NCBI GenBank assembly: GCA_017438865.1
Contig: JAFRUN010000058.1
Location: 12,833-76,832, forward strand
DNA from: Clostridia bacterium
GTDB lineage: Bacteria; Bacillota; Clostridia; Christensenellales; CAG-138
Direction: 5' to 3'
Length of the DNA: 64,000 bases
Made by a program: the position numbers and the translations under genes. This document shows positions 1-9,761 of the stretch, piece after piece. The stretch's first letter is position 1, and every line of letters begins with the position of its first letter. The notes beneath the pieces were generated by a model. That model did not search any database. It worked only from the letters and a program-made list of their open reading frames with translations, and was not told the origin of the DNA.

Positions 1-682
1 CCATTGCAATCGGCTGCTTCTGCAAAAGCCATGTATCCACGATCCTGCGAAGGCCGAGAGAAGCGATCACAAAGTCTTTTTCCATATGAATGAAATGAAA
101 CAGGTAGTAATCCTCCGGCGTCATCCGAAAGATGTTTCCGCGGATGCGAACCGCTCTGTCCCACATTTCCTGTTCCCATTTCCGGATCTCTGCGCTGTCG
201 TCTGTGAGGCGTTTGTGCATCTCCACAAACACCTTGCCTTTTTTGAAATTATCGTGCTTCCAGGAAGACTCGCTGTATGCCCAAAACCCCAGCTTTTCCA
301 TGATTGCCTTGATACGGCGGTACTCATACGGACGGACAAGGATATCCAGATCCGCCATCTGGCGCATGTTGGATCTCGGATACAGTTTTTGAAGCTCCCA
401 GCCCTTCAGGGCGATGCAGTCAAATCCCGCGTCGCTCAGAGCGTTCAGGATATTCTCTCCCTCATATGTCTGAAGGATCGATTGCTTGAGCGCGGCGGCG
501 TAGGACGCTTTAAACGGCTCCTGTTCTTTCGCCGAAAGAACGGGATATACAGTCAGCAGAAGTCCGCTGCGCATAACCGTCTCCAACAGCTCACTTTCGT
601 CTTCCGTTTCATACGATTCCCCGCTCAGTCCGAATGCCCTTCGGAGCAGCAAAAGAATGCTCATCTGATCGTTTGTCAGCAT
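1..682 (-). CDS. Uncharacterised nucleotidyltransferase-family protein (NTP_transf_5-like); its 3' end runs off the window
   Basis: My own reverse-strand translation from the ATG at 682-680 reads MLTNDQMSILLLLRRAFGLSGESYETEDESELLETVMRSGLLLTVYPVLSAKEQEPFKASY...DAGFDCIALKGWELQKLYPRSNMRQMADLDILVRPYEY... and stays open to position 1. It is absent from the ORF track because it is truncated. The KG...DLDILV pattern is typical of this family, which is common in polysaccharide loci. Confidence 0.6.
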   Translation of the reverse strand, partial: MLTNDQMSILLLLRRAFGLSGESYETEDESELLETVMRSGLLLTVYPVLSAKEQEPFKASYAAALKQSILQTYEGENILNALSDAGFDCIALKGWELQKLYPRSNMRQMADLDILVRPYEYRRIKAIMEKLGFWAYSESSWKHDNFKKGKVFVEMHKRLTDDSAEIRKWEQEMWDRAVRIRGNIFRMTPEDYYLFHFIHMEKDFVIASLGLRRIVDTWLLQKQPIAM

Positions 683-713
683 CGTCCCGTACCTCTTTTC
701 TGTTCGGATGGGA

Positions 714-902
714 TCATCCGAGTTCCTTCAATATCCGAATCGTCCGCTCCATGCCGCTTCGGATGTCATACTGCGGCTTCCGGCCGAGCGCTTCCCGCGT
801 ACAGATCAGCACCGGCTTATCATAGACGTTGATGAACTGCTTCGGGATATCCTGTCCCATTCTGGCGCCGGATCCTCCGGCAATAATAATTGCGATCGTC
901 AT
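714..902 (-). pseudogene. Truncated remnant of an IspD/TarI-type sugar-phosphate cytidylyltransferase (only about 35 N-terminal residues are family-like)
   Basis: The 62-aa ORF starts MTIAIIIAGGSGARMGQDIPKQFINVYDKPVLICT, which is the glycine-rich NTP loop plus the PKQF motif of IspD/TarI enzymes (normally about 230 aa). Similarity then ends and a stop follows. The next gene starts only 32 nt downstream, so no frameshifted continuation can fit. Confidence 0.5.
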
Positions 903-989
903 ACGTCTTTCTCTGTTCCTTTCACATTCCCCGAAAAAAACGCCGCTTCCCTGCTTGTTCTGTCAGACTCAAAGGAACCGAAGCGAGGA

Positions 990-2519
990 TTACCTTCCCG
1001 TCTTCTTTTTCACCAAAGAAAGAAGATCATCCAATTCCGTAATCTTCAAAAGTTTCAATACGCCGAAATACAGCAGGATTGCCGACAATGCGGAAATCAA
1101 AAGAACCGCATACCGATTGATCGGATATATCCAGAAGATCGCACGCGGAATGAGACACGCGATTACAGAACCGAGCAATACTTTTAAGGCGGTAATGACC
1201 ATCTTTTTGTTGTCAAGTTTTATATACTTCCTCGTTGCCGCTAAACGTATGAAGAATGTGATGGCCGCAGACAGCGAGGTTGCCGACGCAAGACCGTTCA
1301 CACCCCAAAGCCGGATCAGAATCAGGTTTAACACGACATTGATGGCAAGATTGGCCATGCTGATAAACATCGGCGTCTTGGTGTTCCCGTACCCGTAGAA
1401 CAGGTTGGTGATAACGGTATTGCAGGCGGCAAAAAAGATACCGACGCTGTATAGCGCAAATATACCGGCCGTGATCTCGGTGCTCTGCTCGGTAAACGCT
1501 CCTCTCTCGAAGGCAACTGAAACCAACTCCGTGCGGAACAGTATGCTTGCAACGGTAATCGGGATCATCAGCAGACTGAACATATTGATGATCTTTACGA
1601 CCAGACGGCTCAATTCGTCTTCCTTTTTGAGCGCAATCAGCTCGATCATCTGCGGATAAAGCGCCGTTGCGATCGCAGAGGAAAGGAGCCCGCTGAGAAC
1701 ATTCATCAGCCGTTGGCCGTAGTTTAATCCGGAAATCGTCCCTTCCGGAAGCGTTGACGCCATCGCTTTATCAATCAGGATATTCAGCTGCGTTACGCCT
1801 TCCGAAAGCAAAGCCGACGGAAGTCTTCTCAGCATCAATCCGAATTCCTGCGACCTGAACCTGAAATCCGGTCTGAACCGATACCCCCACGTGACAAACG
1901 GAAGTTCGATCAGCAGCCTGACCGCTCCGCCGACCACCAAAGCGATCGCCATTGCTTCAATGCCGAAGGTTTTATAAAAGAAAACGGCTGCGAGAATCGT
2001 AGGAATATGGGAGGCGACTTCTCTGATCTGGCTGCCGAGGAATTTATTGTTTGCCTGAAGAACGGAGGCATAGATTGCTGCGGCGATAATAAAGAAATAC
2101 ATCGGCGCGGAAATACGCACCAACTTGATGCAAAGTGCTTTTGTTTCCCCCTCAAATCCCGGCGCAACAACGGAAACCACAGGATCTGCAAGGAGAATCA
2201 ACAATCCGACGGCAATAAAGGAGACAACTGAGAAAAACGTTATGGCTTTATTGGTCAGCGCCGCCGCTTCATCATTCAGCCCAAGCGTAGTCTTTTCCTT
2301 GTAGATCGGCATAAACACCTTCCAGATGCCGACGCTCAGCATCGGATAAATAACCGCCTGAATGCTGGTTACCATGTAATAGGCGTCGCTCCGGAAAGTT
2401 GTCCCCAGATAGGCAGCCAAAACAGCTTCGCTTATGAAAGATGTTATTTTTGCAAGTATTCCGACAAGAACGATCACTACCGTCCCGCGGAATACTTGTT
2501 TTCCTGCCGAATTATCCAT
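990..2519 (-). CDS. murJ: MurJ/MviN-family MOP flippase; probably the repeat-unit flippase of this polysaccharide operon
   Basis: 509-aa polytopic membrane protein with MviN/MurJ-like N-terminal sequence (GTVVIVLVGILAKITSFISEAVLAAYLGTTFRSDAYY...). Its start overlaps the licD stop. No other Wzx-type gene is present in the locus. Confidence 0.75.
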   Translation of the reverse strand: MDNSAGKQVFRGTVVIVLVGILAKITSFISEAVLAAYLGTTFRSDAYYMVTSIQAVIYPMLSVGIWKVFMPIYKEKTTLGLNDEAAALTNKAITFFSVVSFIAVGLLILLADPVVSVVAPGFEGETKALCIKLVRISAPMYFFIIAAAIYASVLQANNKFLGSQIREVASHIPTILAAVFFYKTFGIEAMAIALVVGGAVRLLIELPFVTWGYRFRPDFRFRSQEFGLMLRRLPSALLSEGVTQLNILIDKAMASTLPEGTISGLNYGQRLMNVLSGLLSSAIATALYPQMIELIALKKEDELSRLVVKIINMFSLLMIPITVASILFRTELVSVAFERGAFTEQSTEITAGIFALYSVGIFFAACNTVITNLFYGYGNTKTPMFISMANLAINVVLNLILIRLWGVNGLASATSLSAAITFFIRLAATRKYIKLDNKKMVITALKVLLGSVIACLIPRAIFWIYPINRYAVLLISALSAILLYFGVLKLLKITELDDLLSLVKKKTGR

Positions 2520-3390
2520 TATCCCTATTGGCTATTTTCTCAAAAAAGCGAAATCTTCGTACTGCATCTGTCACTTGCCGAATACAGGTTTTAAGAGGAG
2601 GGTATTCCGTATAATTCCCGAACTCCATCTTAAGAAATCCTTCGTAATCAATCGGAATTCTATACTCGCCGATTTCAGAATGGTATAAAAATGTTTCCGT
2701 TACCATTTTAATCGGAAACAAATCGACAACGGCAAAAAAATCAGCCGATACGGCATATTTGCTTTGTTCAATCGGATACAGATAGATCAGTCGGTTATAC
2801 CTTTCATCTGTTTTTTTCTCATTGAATACGGAATAGACAACCTTCGCCGCAAATAATTTAAGCATCCTGCCGAATTTTCCGACCGATTCCTCTTTTATGT
2901 TCACTTTTTTTGAAAAGCGGATCCTCGCGCAGCGACGAAGACTTCTATTAAATCTTTTTCTTTCTCTTGCATCATCCGGTGCACCGCAATAAAAGAACAC
3001 ATCCAAATGGACAGCCGCCGAATTGTACCCTTTCGGACAAATTCGAGCAATATAATGACGGCAGGATGCATCCGTCTCCGGGCACATTACATAATACTCT
3101 TCGGATAGATCCTGCTGCAGCGCGGTTATCAATTCTTTCTTTTGCGATACCGATACGAACGTGTCAATATCATAATCCCACGGAATCAATCCGTCGTCTC
3201 GAATCAAACCAAGCAGGGAACCGTACGTGACATGATAATTGATCTGGTTTTTTTCGCATACTCTGTGAAACTCTTTCAGCACTTCAAGCACGATACCCTG
3301 ATATCTGCAAAAACAGCGATACTGATCATCAAAATCACCGGGGCATTTGGATGATTCCTTTGCTTTTTTAAGAAACTCTTCCGCTTTCAT
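2512..3390 (-). CDS. licD: LicD-family phosphotransferase (transfers phosphocholine or a phospho-alditol from a CDP-activated donor)
   Basis: Carries YGSLLGLIRDDGLIPWDYDIDTFV, the diagnostic LicD nucleotidyltransferase-fold motif. 292 aa. Confidence 0.8.
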   Translation of the reverse strand: MKAEEFLKKAKESSKCPGDFDDQYRCFCRYQGIVLEVLKEFHRVCEKNQINYHVTYGSLLGLIRDDGLIPWDYDIDTFVSVSQKKELITALQQDLSEEYYVMCPETDASCRHYIARICPKGYNSAAVHLDVFFYCGAPDDARERKRFNRSLRRCARIRFSKKVNIKEESVGKFGRMLKLFAAKVVYSVFNEKKTDERYNRLIYLYPIEQSKYAVSADFFAVVDLFPIKMVTETFLYHSEIGEYRIPIDYEGFLKMEFGNYTEYPPLKTCIRQVTDAVRRFRFFEKIANRDNG

Positions 3391-3412
3391 TTTTCCTCTT
3401 TTGACTCTCGCA

Positions 3413-4423
3413 TTATTTGTTCCGAAACATGCCGTTCAAGATATAAAACGGTAAAACCAATCGCCTTTTCAGGCAAAAAACGAAATGCCGAAAAACGCTC
3501 CCTTTATCGAATCTGCAATTATCGATTGCCTCGGCAAATACCGGATTCTTCAAATGATCTTGAATTTCCTTTTTCACGAAACGATACCCTTCGGTTCCGT
3601 TAAAACGCGATCTTGCGGTACTGATAAATCCTCTGACGATCCTTCGGTACATCTGCCCCTGAAAATCCGTGACGCTGCGGTCTGTTTCACGATACAATAC
3701 ATCCGCAATATACCGCTGATTGTCCCAATCATACCGTTTGCGACCTTTTGTCATAGATTGATAATTCGCTCTGTAGCAGTAGAGAGGAAGGTCTGAAATA
3801 TAAAGCGTGTCGGCATGAGACAGGATCGGGACCGTACACGCTCCGTCCTCTCCGATCGTGATCCGATCATCTACCGCCAACTGATATTTTTCATACAGTT
3901 CCCTTCGGAAAACCTTTGACCAAACCGTTGGGAGAAAATAGCTGCCGTCCGCTGCGGTAATCAGCTTTGGAAAAACAATTTCTTCTATCTTTGCTCTGTC
4001 ATATACGCCGAGGTCCATCCCTTTGTATGCATTCGCTTTGATACACCTCTCAGGCGAGTATGAATAATAATCGAAACAGACAACGTCCGGTTCGTACTGC
4101 TCTGTCAGCTTGCATAACTCCGACAAAAAGCTGTCGCCGACAAAATCGTCGCCGTCAACGCAGCAGATATACTGCCCCCTCGCGATCGCCGTGCCCGCTT
4201 TTCTTGCGCTGACAAGTCCGCCGTTCGGTTTATGGATCACGCGGATATTGTCGTGTTCAGCCGCGTATTCATCGCAGATCCGTGGGCAATTGTCCGGAGA
4301 GCCGTCGTCGACCAGAATGATCTCGTATGAAGAACACACCTGCCTGAGCAGACTGTCAATGCAGCAGCGCAGATATTCTTCAACCCGATAGACCGGCACA
4401 ATAATGCTGAATTGAATACTCAT
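3413..4423 (-). CDS. Family 2 glycosyltransferase
   Basis: FSIIVPVYRVEEYLRCCIDSLLRQVCSSYEIILVDDGSPDNC plus DGDD give the GT-A fold and DxD signatures. I moved the start to the internal ATG (MSIQF...) at 4423, 7 nt after the upstream stop and preceded by CAGGGA. Confidence 0.85.
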   Translation of the reverse strand: MSIQFSIIVPVYRVEEYLRCCIDSLLRQVCSSYEIILVDDGSPDNCPRICDEYAAEHDNIRVIHKPNGGLVSARKAGTAIARGQYICCVDGDDFVGDSFLSELCKLTEQYEPDVVCFDYYSYSPERCIKANAYKGMDLGVYDRAKIEEIVFPKLITAADGSYFLPTVWSKVFRRELYEKYQLAVDDRITIGEDGACTVPILSHADTLYISDLPLYCYRANYQSMTKGRKRYDWDNQRYIADVLYRETDRSVTDFQGQMYRRIVRGFISTARSRFNGTEGYRFVKKEIQDHLKNPVFAEAIDNCRFDKGSVFRHFVFCLKRRLVLPFYILNGMFRNK

Positions 4424-4430
4424 ACGGCAA

Positions 4431-5603
4431 TCATCCCTGCGGCACTTGCAGTACATTTCGTTTTTCAGCAATTACCGTCACGAACACGACAATACCCCAA
4501 TAAACCAGTCTCCGCATTGCGAATCCTGCCAGACCGTACGCATACATCGCAACCAGAATGGGAAACAATTTCCAATCGGCTTTCAGAACATCCCTGAATA
4601 ATCCTATTGAATAGACGATAAATGCAATGCCTCCGATCACGCCGGATGCGGCAATAATCTCCAGATACGTATTATGGAATTCGATCGTCCCTCCTACGCC
4701 GTGCACGCCGGGGCCCAATCCGAACAACGGGCTTTTGATAAACGCCGTTCCGAAGCTGGAAAAGATTTCTATTCTGCCCAGACCGTTTTTATCTTCCATA
4801 ACCCATTCCATAAACTGACCGTAGAAAAAACTCCAGAATACCAACGAGATCAGCAGAAGGATCAATGACAGGATCACAATTGCACCGACTTTGTTCTTCG
4901 GAAACAGATCCGCCACGAGGAAATATGCCGAGACAGCGATCCCGAGCGCAATGGAAAGTACGCCGGTAGAAGAAGCGGTCTCCAGCATCAGATAAACGCA
5001 GACGACCAGAAACACGATGCTTCTGATTATTTTTTCTTTTTTCAGCAAACTGCGCAGAAAGATAAAAACCAGACCGCACAGCAGAACGGCGATCTGATGC
5101 GGATTCGTGCCGCCGCCGGAATAACGAACGCCGTTATACCATAGCGGCGCGCCGAACAGCGTGCTGCCGACCAAGCGACTGTAAAAGAAAAGAAACAGAT
5201 TCCAGACCGTTGCAACTTCCGCGAAGGTAAAAAAAAGCGTTTCAAGATCGTGCAGCGGCTTTGTCTTCAATCCTTCGTGCAGCGAAATTGCAATGATGCC
5301 CAAGTAGATCCATGTCAAAAGATCGACCGTCCTCAATTCATTCGACGCAATGATGAATCCGATGATTGAACCCGCCGCCATGGCAACGATGAACAGAGCA
5401 AAAAAGAATGAAAGATCGCTCTTCAGAGATTTCGCCTTAAACAGATAGCGTATGCCCCAAAGCAGACATAGAACTTCACCCGGACCGATTTTCCAGATGC
5501 GAAGACCGGTCATCGGCGCAAGGCAGAGACCTATGATGAGAAGCCAGTCCGCAAATTCAATACGGGCTGACTCCCATGTTTTCGATCCCGCTGTGATCCT
5601 CAT
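4431..5603 (-). CDS. O-antigen ligase/polymerase family membrane protein (Wzy-like)
   Basis: 390-aa protein with about 10 TM segments and the Wzy_C-type loop ...GLGPGVHGVGGTIEFHNTYLEIIAASGVIGGIAF. It has an ATGA overlap with the upstream gene. Confidence 0.7.
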   Translation of the reverse strand: MRITAGSKTWESARIEFADWLLIIGLCLAPMTGLRIWKIGPGEVLCLLWGIRYLFKAKSLKSDLSFFFALFIVAMAAGSIIGFIIASNELRTVDLLTWIYLGIIAISLHEGLKTKPLHDLETLFFTFAEVATVWNLFLFFYSRLVGSTLFGAPLWYNGVRYSGGGTNPHQIAVLLCGLVFIFLRSLLKKEKIIRSIVFLVVCVYLMLETASSTGVLSIALGIAVSAYFLVADLFPKNKVGAIVILSLILLLISLVFWSFFYGQFMEWVMEDKNGLGRIEIFSSFGTAFIKSPLFGLGPGVHGVGGTIEFHNTYLEIIAASGVIGGIAFIVYSIGLFRDVLKADWKLFPILVAMYAYGLAGFAMRRLVYWGIVVFVTVIAEKRNVLQVPQG

Positions 5604-6505
5604 TCAAACATCCTCAGTTCAAATCCTTCTCCGAACCGGTAATCCGCTTCATCCGGCATGTATTGCACATATCCGCTCCACGGATAGAACGTTAATTCTC
5701 CGAAATAAACTTTGCCGTCTACATCGTACAAATCTACACGGACATACGGAAAATCCCCGGCCAGCTTTTCCGCAACGGCCAGCATTTCGTCCAAATTCTC
5801 CGGCCGGTCGATCATTCTGTCAATTGCCGGGCAGTCGCTCAAAATGTGAAGATCGTTCCAGTCACGGTCATAGAAATTCCGTTTGTGACCGATATATCGA
5901 TCCACATCTACGACAACATATCTGACATGGCCGTTGTAGCAAAAGAATTTATAGTCGTTGATTCCCGCCGCCGGATTCTCACGGTTAGTCAGCAATTCCT
6001 CCGCCACGATGCCGGGCTGCAAACCGTAATATGCCCACTCGCGTCCGAGTGTATTGGTTCTCACCGGGTACGGTTTAAAAGACAGCTTTTCTCTCGTTTC
6101 CTCCATGGAAAGACGGCTTTTGTCGCTGCAAACAACGACGTTGAGCCCGCCGCCGCCGTGCGTGGTTTTTAAAACAAACCGGCCCGGAAGATCCTCCCAC
6201 TTGATCTCGTCAAACGTATCATATTTCGCAATAAGAGGAACAAGAATGCGCTCCAACCCCTTCCCCTTAACATACTCTCTGACAAGATACTTATCCGCAC
6301 ATTGATGCATCAAGGGATTCCGGTAATGCATTTTATACCATTGCAGTTTCTCCGTAAACCGTGCGGGGTTCTTCAAATTCAGTTTTCTGCCGAGTTTTAT
6401 CCGATACTGGATCGGAAGCATGATCGAATCCGGCACGAAACGCAGCGCATTTAAAACCGCCTCGCGGGAACTCTTTGTTTTGAAAATCTTTTTGTAGTCT
6501 ATCAC
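5600..6505 (-). CDS. TupA-like ATP-grasp amidoligase
   Basis: N-terminal NLKNPARFTEKLQWYKMHY motif and ...FVLKTTHGGGGLNVVVC..., characteristic of the ATPgrasp_TupA family (teichuronopeptide-type polymer modification). Confidence 0.75.
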   Translation of the reverse strand: MIDYKKIFKTKSSREAVLNALRFVPDSIMLPIQYRIKLGRKLNLKNPARFTEKLQWYKMHYRNPLMHQCADKYLVREYVKGKGLERILVPLIAKYDTFDEIKWEDLPGRFVLKTTHGGGGLNVVVCSDKSRLSMEETREKLSFKPYPVRTNTLGREWAYYGLQPGIVAEELLTNRENPAAGINDYKFFCYNGHVRYVVVDVDRYIGHKRNFYDRDWNDLHILSDCPAIDRMIDRPENLDEMLAVAEKLAGDFPYVRVDLYDVDGKVYFGELTFYPWSGYVQYMPDEADYRFGEGFELRMFE

Positions 6506-7614
6506 TTCAGAACCTTCCCGATTTCATCCAGATATTTCTCAACAACGATTTCGCGGTCGAACTCCCGTTCGATCTTCGCGCGTCCTGCCAGGCCCATGTC
6601 GCGCTTCTGTTCCCAGCTCATTTTCAGGAATCTTTCCAGCGCATCCGTCAGCGCGTCTTCGTCTTTGATCGGAATGATGAATCCGCTCTTTCCGTCCTCC
6701 ACCGTTTCTCTGCAGCCCGCACGGTCGGTCGTAATGATCGGTCTGCCGTGTGCGGCGGCCTCCAGCAGCACGTTGCTCATTCCCTCCGGATAGTAGGACG
6801 GATGCACGATGCAATGCGCCGCACCGTAGAACGGTGTCATATCCTTTTGCTCTCCGTGATAAACGATATACCCTGCCTTCTCCGCCTCTTCAAGCCGATC
6901 GAGATAATTCCCGTCGTCGCATTGCCCGCAAACATGGAATTCGGCGTTTCCGTGCGCTTCACAGATCCGTCTTGCCGCCGCAAGGTAAAGATCGATCCCT
7001 TTTTCACGCATAACGCGCGCGATAAACAAAAAGCGGATCTTTCCGTCGCCGTCCGGATACGGTACCGTCCTGTGCGCGTTCAGGTTGACTCCGGAGCCGG
7101 GAAGGATCCTCGTTTTCGCGCCGTCCGGAAGCATATGGTGCGTCTCAAAAAAAGATCTGTTCTCTTCGTTCTGGAAAAACACGCAGTCCGCGGCGGCTAT
7201 GCCGGATTTATAGAGTCTTGAAGTAATCGCCTGCATGAGTCCCGGATATTCCAGAGCAGTGCCGAGTCCGGTGACATTCGGCAGATAATGCGTTTTCGTC
7301 ATCCGGCAAGCCATACCGCCGTACACGTTCGGCTTGATGTTGTACGTCAGAACGACATCCGGTTTTTCGTCGTTCAGGAGTTTTCTGTACCGGATCAAAA
7401 GCCGCAGATCGGCGACCGGATTTTTCCCGTGGCGGTTTGTATCCAGATCGACGAGCCGGCATCCGAGCGTCCTTAATTCTTCGGCAAACGAAAGCAGCTT
7501 GCATGCGATGACGACATCATGCCCGGCGGCGATCAGTCTTTCAAGAAGCTCGTAACGAAGATGATAGGTATAGGTCGTATCGTTTGTTAAAACCAGTATC
7601 TTCCGTCTTTTCAA
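6502..7614 (-). CDS. Family 4 (GT-B) glycosyltransferase
   Basis: 370 aa. The C-terminal EGMSNVLLEAAAHGRPIITTDRAGCRETVEDGKSGF is the E-x7-E GT4 signature. The N-terminus resembles PglA/WbpH-type enzymes that act on Und-PP-linked sugars. Confidence 0.85.
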   Translation of the reverse strand: MKRRKILVLTNDTTYTYHLRYELLERLIAAGHDVVIACKLLSFAEELRTLGCRLVDLDTNRHGKNPVADLRLLIRYRKLLNDEKPDVVLTYNIKPNVYGGMACRMTKTHYLPNVTGLGTALEYPGLMQAITSRLYKSGIAAADCVFFQNEENRSFFETHHMLPDGAKTRILPGSGVNLNAHRTVPYPDGDGKIRFLFIARVMREKGIDLYLAAARRICEAHGNAEFHVCGQCDDGNYLDRLEEAEKAGYIVYHGEQKDMTPFYGAAHCIVHPSYYPEGMSNVLLEAAAHGRPIITTDRAGCRETVEDGKSGFIIPIKDEDALTDALERFLKMSWEQKRDMGLAGRAKIEREFDREIVVEKYLDEIGKVLK

Positions 7615-7701
7615 CGTGCAGTCCCTCTGATTCTTTTCCGCGGCGAACCCGTTCGATGTACGTTCCGTTTGTTGTGCGCGCAGCGGAAAACAAATTGTAT
7701 T

Positions 7702-9141
7702 TTATGCAACTGTGGAGTCTTGTTTCAGGTCGTCCTTTTCTTCACCCGTTCGGTCCGCGTTCTCCCCGGCGTTCTCGCGGTCCTCCCTGTCCATTGCCGT
7801 GATCTGACCGTCTTTGACGCCCTCCGTGCTTTCCGGCATGAACAGGATCTTGACCGTTGCAAACACGATGCGGAGATCCTGAAGAATTCCCGGGTTTGCA
7901 ATATACATCATATCCATCATCAGTTTGTCGTAAGGCGTCGTGTTGTACTTGCCGTAGACCTGCGCGTATCCGGTCAAGCCGGCTTTGCATTGAAGCCGCA
8001 GGCGAAACTCCGGCATTTCTTCTTCGTATTGCCGCGCAATGCTCGGTCTTTCGGGACGCGGTCCGACAAGGCTGAGATTTCCCTGCAGAATATTGAATAT
8101 CTGCGGAAGCTCGTCGATGCGAAGTCTTCTGATGACTTTTCCGACCGGCGTGATGCGATCGTCGTTTTCTCCCGTGCTCAGTCGGGCAATGCCGTCCTTT
8201 TCCGCATCAACGCGCATGGATCGGAATTTGATCAGCTTGAAAACCTTGCCGTCTTTAGTCAGACGCTCCTGCCTGTAGAACACCGGTCCGCCGTCTTTCT
8301 TGATGCATATCGCGGTTACAAGAAATACGGGAGAAAGGACGACGAGCGCCAGTACGCTGAAAATGAGATCAAAGATCCTCTTGGCGAGCAGATATTCCGG
8401 TTTCGGATTATACCTTTGAACCCGGAGCACGGGCAGATGCATAATGTGCATTTTTTTCGCCCCGAGCATGATCGCGTCGCCGAGCCGCGGAAGAACAAGC
8501 GCCTCGATCCCTCTGTCTATGCAGTACTTGGCAATGATGTTGCGGTCGTGACTGTGGATCCCGCTCAGAAAAACCTCCTGCACCTCGTTCAGCATGCTCA
8601 GGTCGCGAAGAACGTCCGCCACCGGAATGACTTTCTCTACGGCATACTTTCGGGATAATCCGTAATCCTTCAACCTTGCGTCGATCCCGAATCTCGTATC
8701 GTAAATCACATACGTCTTCTTCGGCGGGAAATGTCTGAAATACCATTTCCTGGAACAAACCGACCAGAGCGTGCTCAAGACAAACTGTCCCGCGATTGCC
8801 GCCGCGCCCGGCCACAGGGGCTGTAGCTTCTTGCAGAAAATGCAGATCACGATGTAGACAAGTCCGTCCGCGATACACGCGGCGAGCATCTGGCTGTAAA
8901 CCATTTCAGACACTCTGTAATACGATACAAGAAAAGCGTTGTATATTCTGGCAAGGGTAACGTATAACGCGACGAACAGAACGGGAAGAAGGAAATACAG
9001 CATTGCATTCTGCGCAGGCAGCGCTTCCGCCCGTGCGGCATAATAGAAATGCCAGCAAAGCATAAAAGGACACGCTATTAGAAGGATATTGATCAGCTTT
9101 ATTACCCTGAGCCCGATATCATGCATCCAGTTTCTTGTCAT
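7702..9141 (-). CDS. Polyprenyl glycosylphosphotransferase (WbaP/EpsL-type priming sugar transferase)
   Basis: The C-terminal bacterial sugar transferase domain reads KRIFDLIFSVLALVVLSPVFL...PVFYRQERLTKDGKVFKLIKFRSMRVDAE...DDRITPVGKVIRRLRIDELPQIFNILQGNLSLVGPRPERP. It has N-terminal TM segments and an acidic C-terminal tail. Confidence 0.9.
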   Translation of the reverse strand: MTRNWMHDIGLRVIKLINILLIACPFMLCWHFYYAARAEALPAQNAMLYFLLPVLFVALYVTLARIYNAFLVSYYRVSEMVYSQMLAACIADGLVYIVICIFCKKLQPLWPGAAAIAGQFVLSTLWSVCSRKWYFRHFPPKKTYVIYDTRFGIDARLKDYGLSRKYAVEKVIPVADVLRDLSMLNEVQEVFLSGIHSHDRNIIAKYCIDRGIEALVLPRLGDAIMLGAKKMHIMHLPVLRVQRYNPKPEYLLAKRIFDLIFSVLALVVLSPVFLVTAICIKKDGGPVFYRQERLTKDGKVFKLIKFRSMRVDAEKDGIARLSTGENDDRITPVGKVIRRLRIDELPQIFNILQGNLSLVGPRPERPSIARQYEEEMPEFRLRLQCKAGLTGYAQVYGKYNTTPYDKLMMDMMYIANPGILQDLRIVFATVKILFMPESTEGVKDGQITAMDREDRENAGENADRTGEEKDDLKQDSTVA

Positions 9142-9225
9142 TGTCCGTCCTCATTTCGGGGCAGTTTTCACATGCGCCCGTTTCATACCCGATAGATCTT
9201 TTTCTTCAAACCGTTCTGCGTCGGA

Positions 9226-9678
9226 TCACATGCCCGGTCCGTCTGTCCGCCGTGATCCCCGCAGGAGCACCACCCCGAGCAGCAATCCCATGGAGACCCC
9301 GATCAGGTCTATCCAGACGTCGGCGATCATCGCGCCGCGATCCGAAAACAGCTGTATACTCTCATCGAGAAACGCCGCCAGATAACCGGTGCCGAAAGCA
9401 ACGGCGGTCCGTCCCCGAAAGCAGAATACCAGCAGAAGCTCAAGCAGGAAAAATTCCGCCACATGCGCGGTTTTGCGTACCGCATTGTGCGTGAGCGGTC
9501 CGAGTCCGAACACGGCAAGCGCCGGATTCAGTACCCTGTCCGTTACCCAATCGCTCTCCCTGGCGGAAACGCTCTTCGGAAGCATGGACTGCACGAAGAT
9601 GAACGCGACCACAAATACCGTGACGATCAGAATGATGATCCTTTTCTTCGGGATGCGTTCGTTTTTCTTCGGCTGCAT
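9226..9678 (-). CDS. VanZ-family membrane protein
   Basis: 150 aa, 4 TM segments, with RKTAHVAEFFLLELLL and ...DESIQLFSDRGAMIADVWIDLIG matching VanZ-like conserved blocks. Confidence 0.7.
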   Translation of the reverse strand: MQPKKNERIPKKRIIILIVTVFVVAFIFVQSMLPKSVSARESDWVTDRVLNPALAVFGLGPLTHNAVRKTAHVAEFFLLELLLVFCFRGRTAVAFGTGYLAAFLDESIQLFSDRGAMIADVWIDLIGVSMGLLLGVVLLRGSRRTDGPGM

Positions 9679-9761
9679 ATGGTTTTCCCTCTTCGCATTC
9701 CGGACCGCAGTCCCCGGTCATCGGTTCAGATACGCCGCTTCAACGCTCCGGCGGCAACCGC

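Noticed and set aside
86-832. 248-aa plus-strand ORF at the left edge of the window
   Set aside because: The composition is unprotein-like (Arg/His/Pro/Cys-rich, no motifs). The opposite strand translates cleanly into a nucleotidyltransferase-family protein (1-682) and the IspD-like remnant (714-902).
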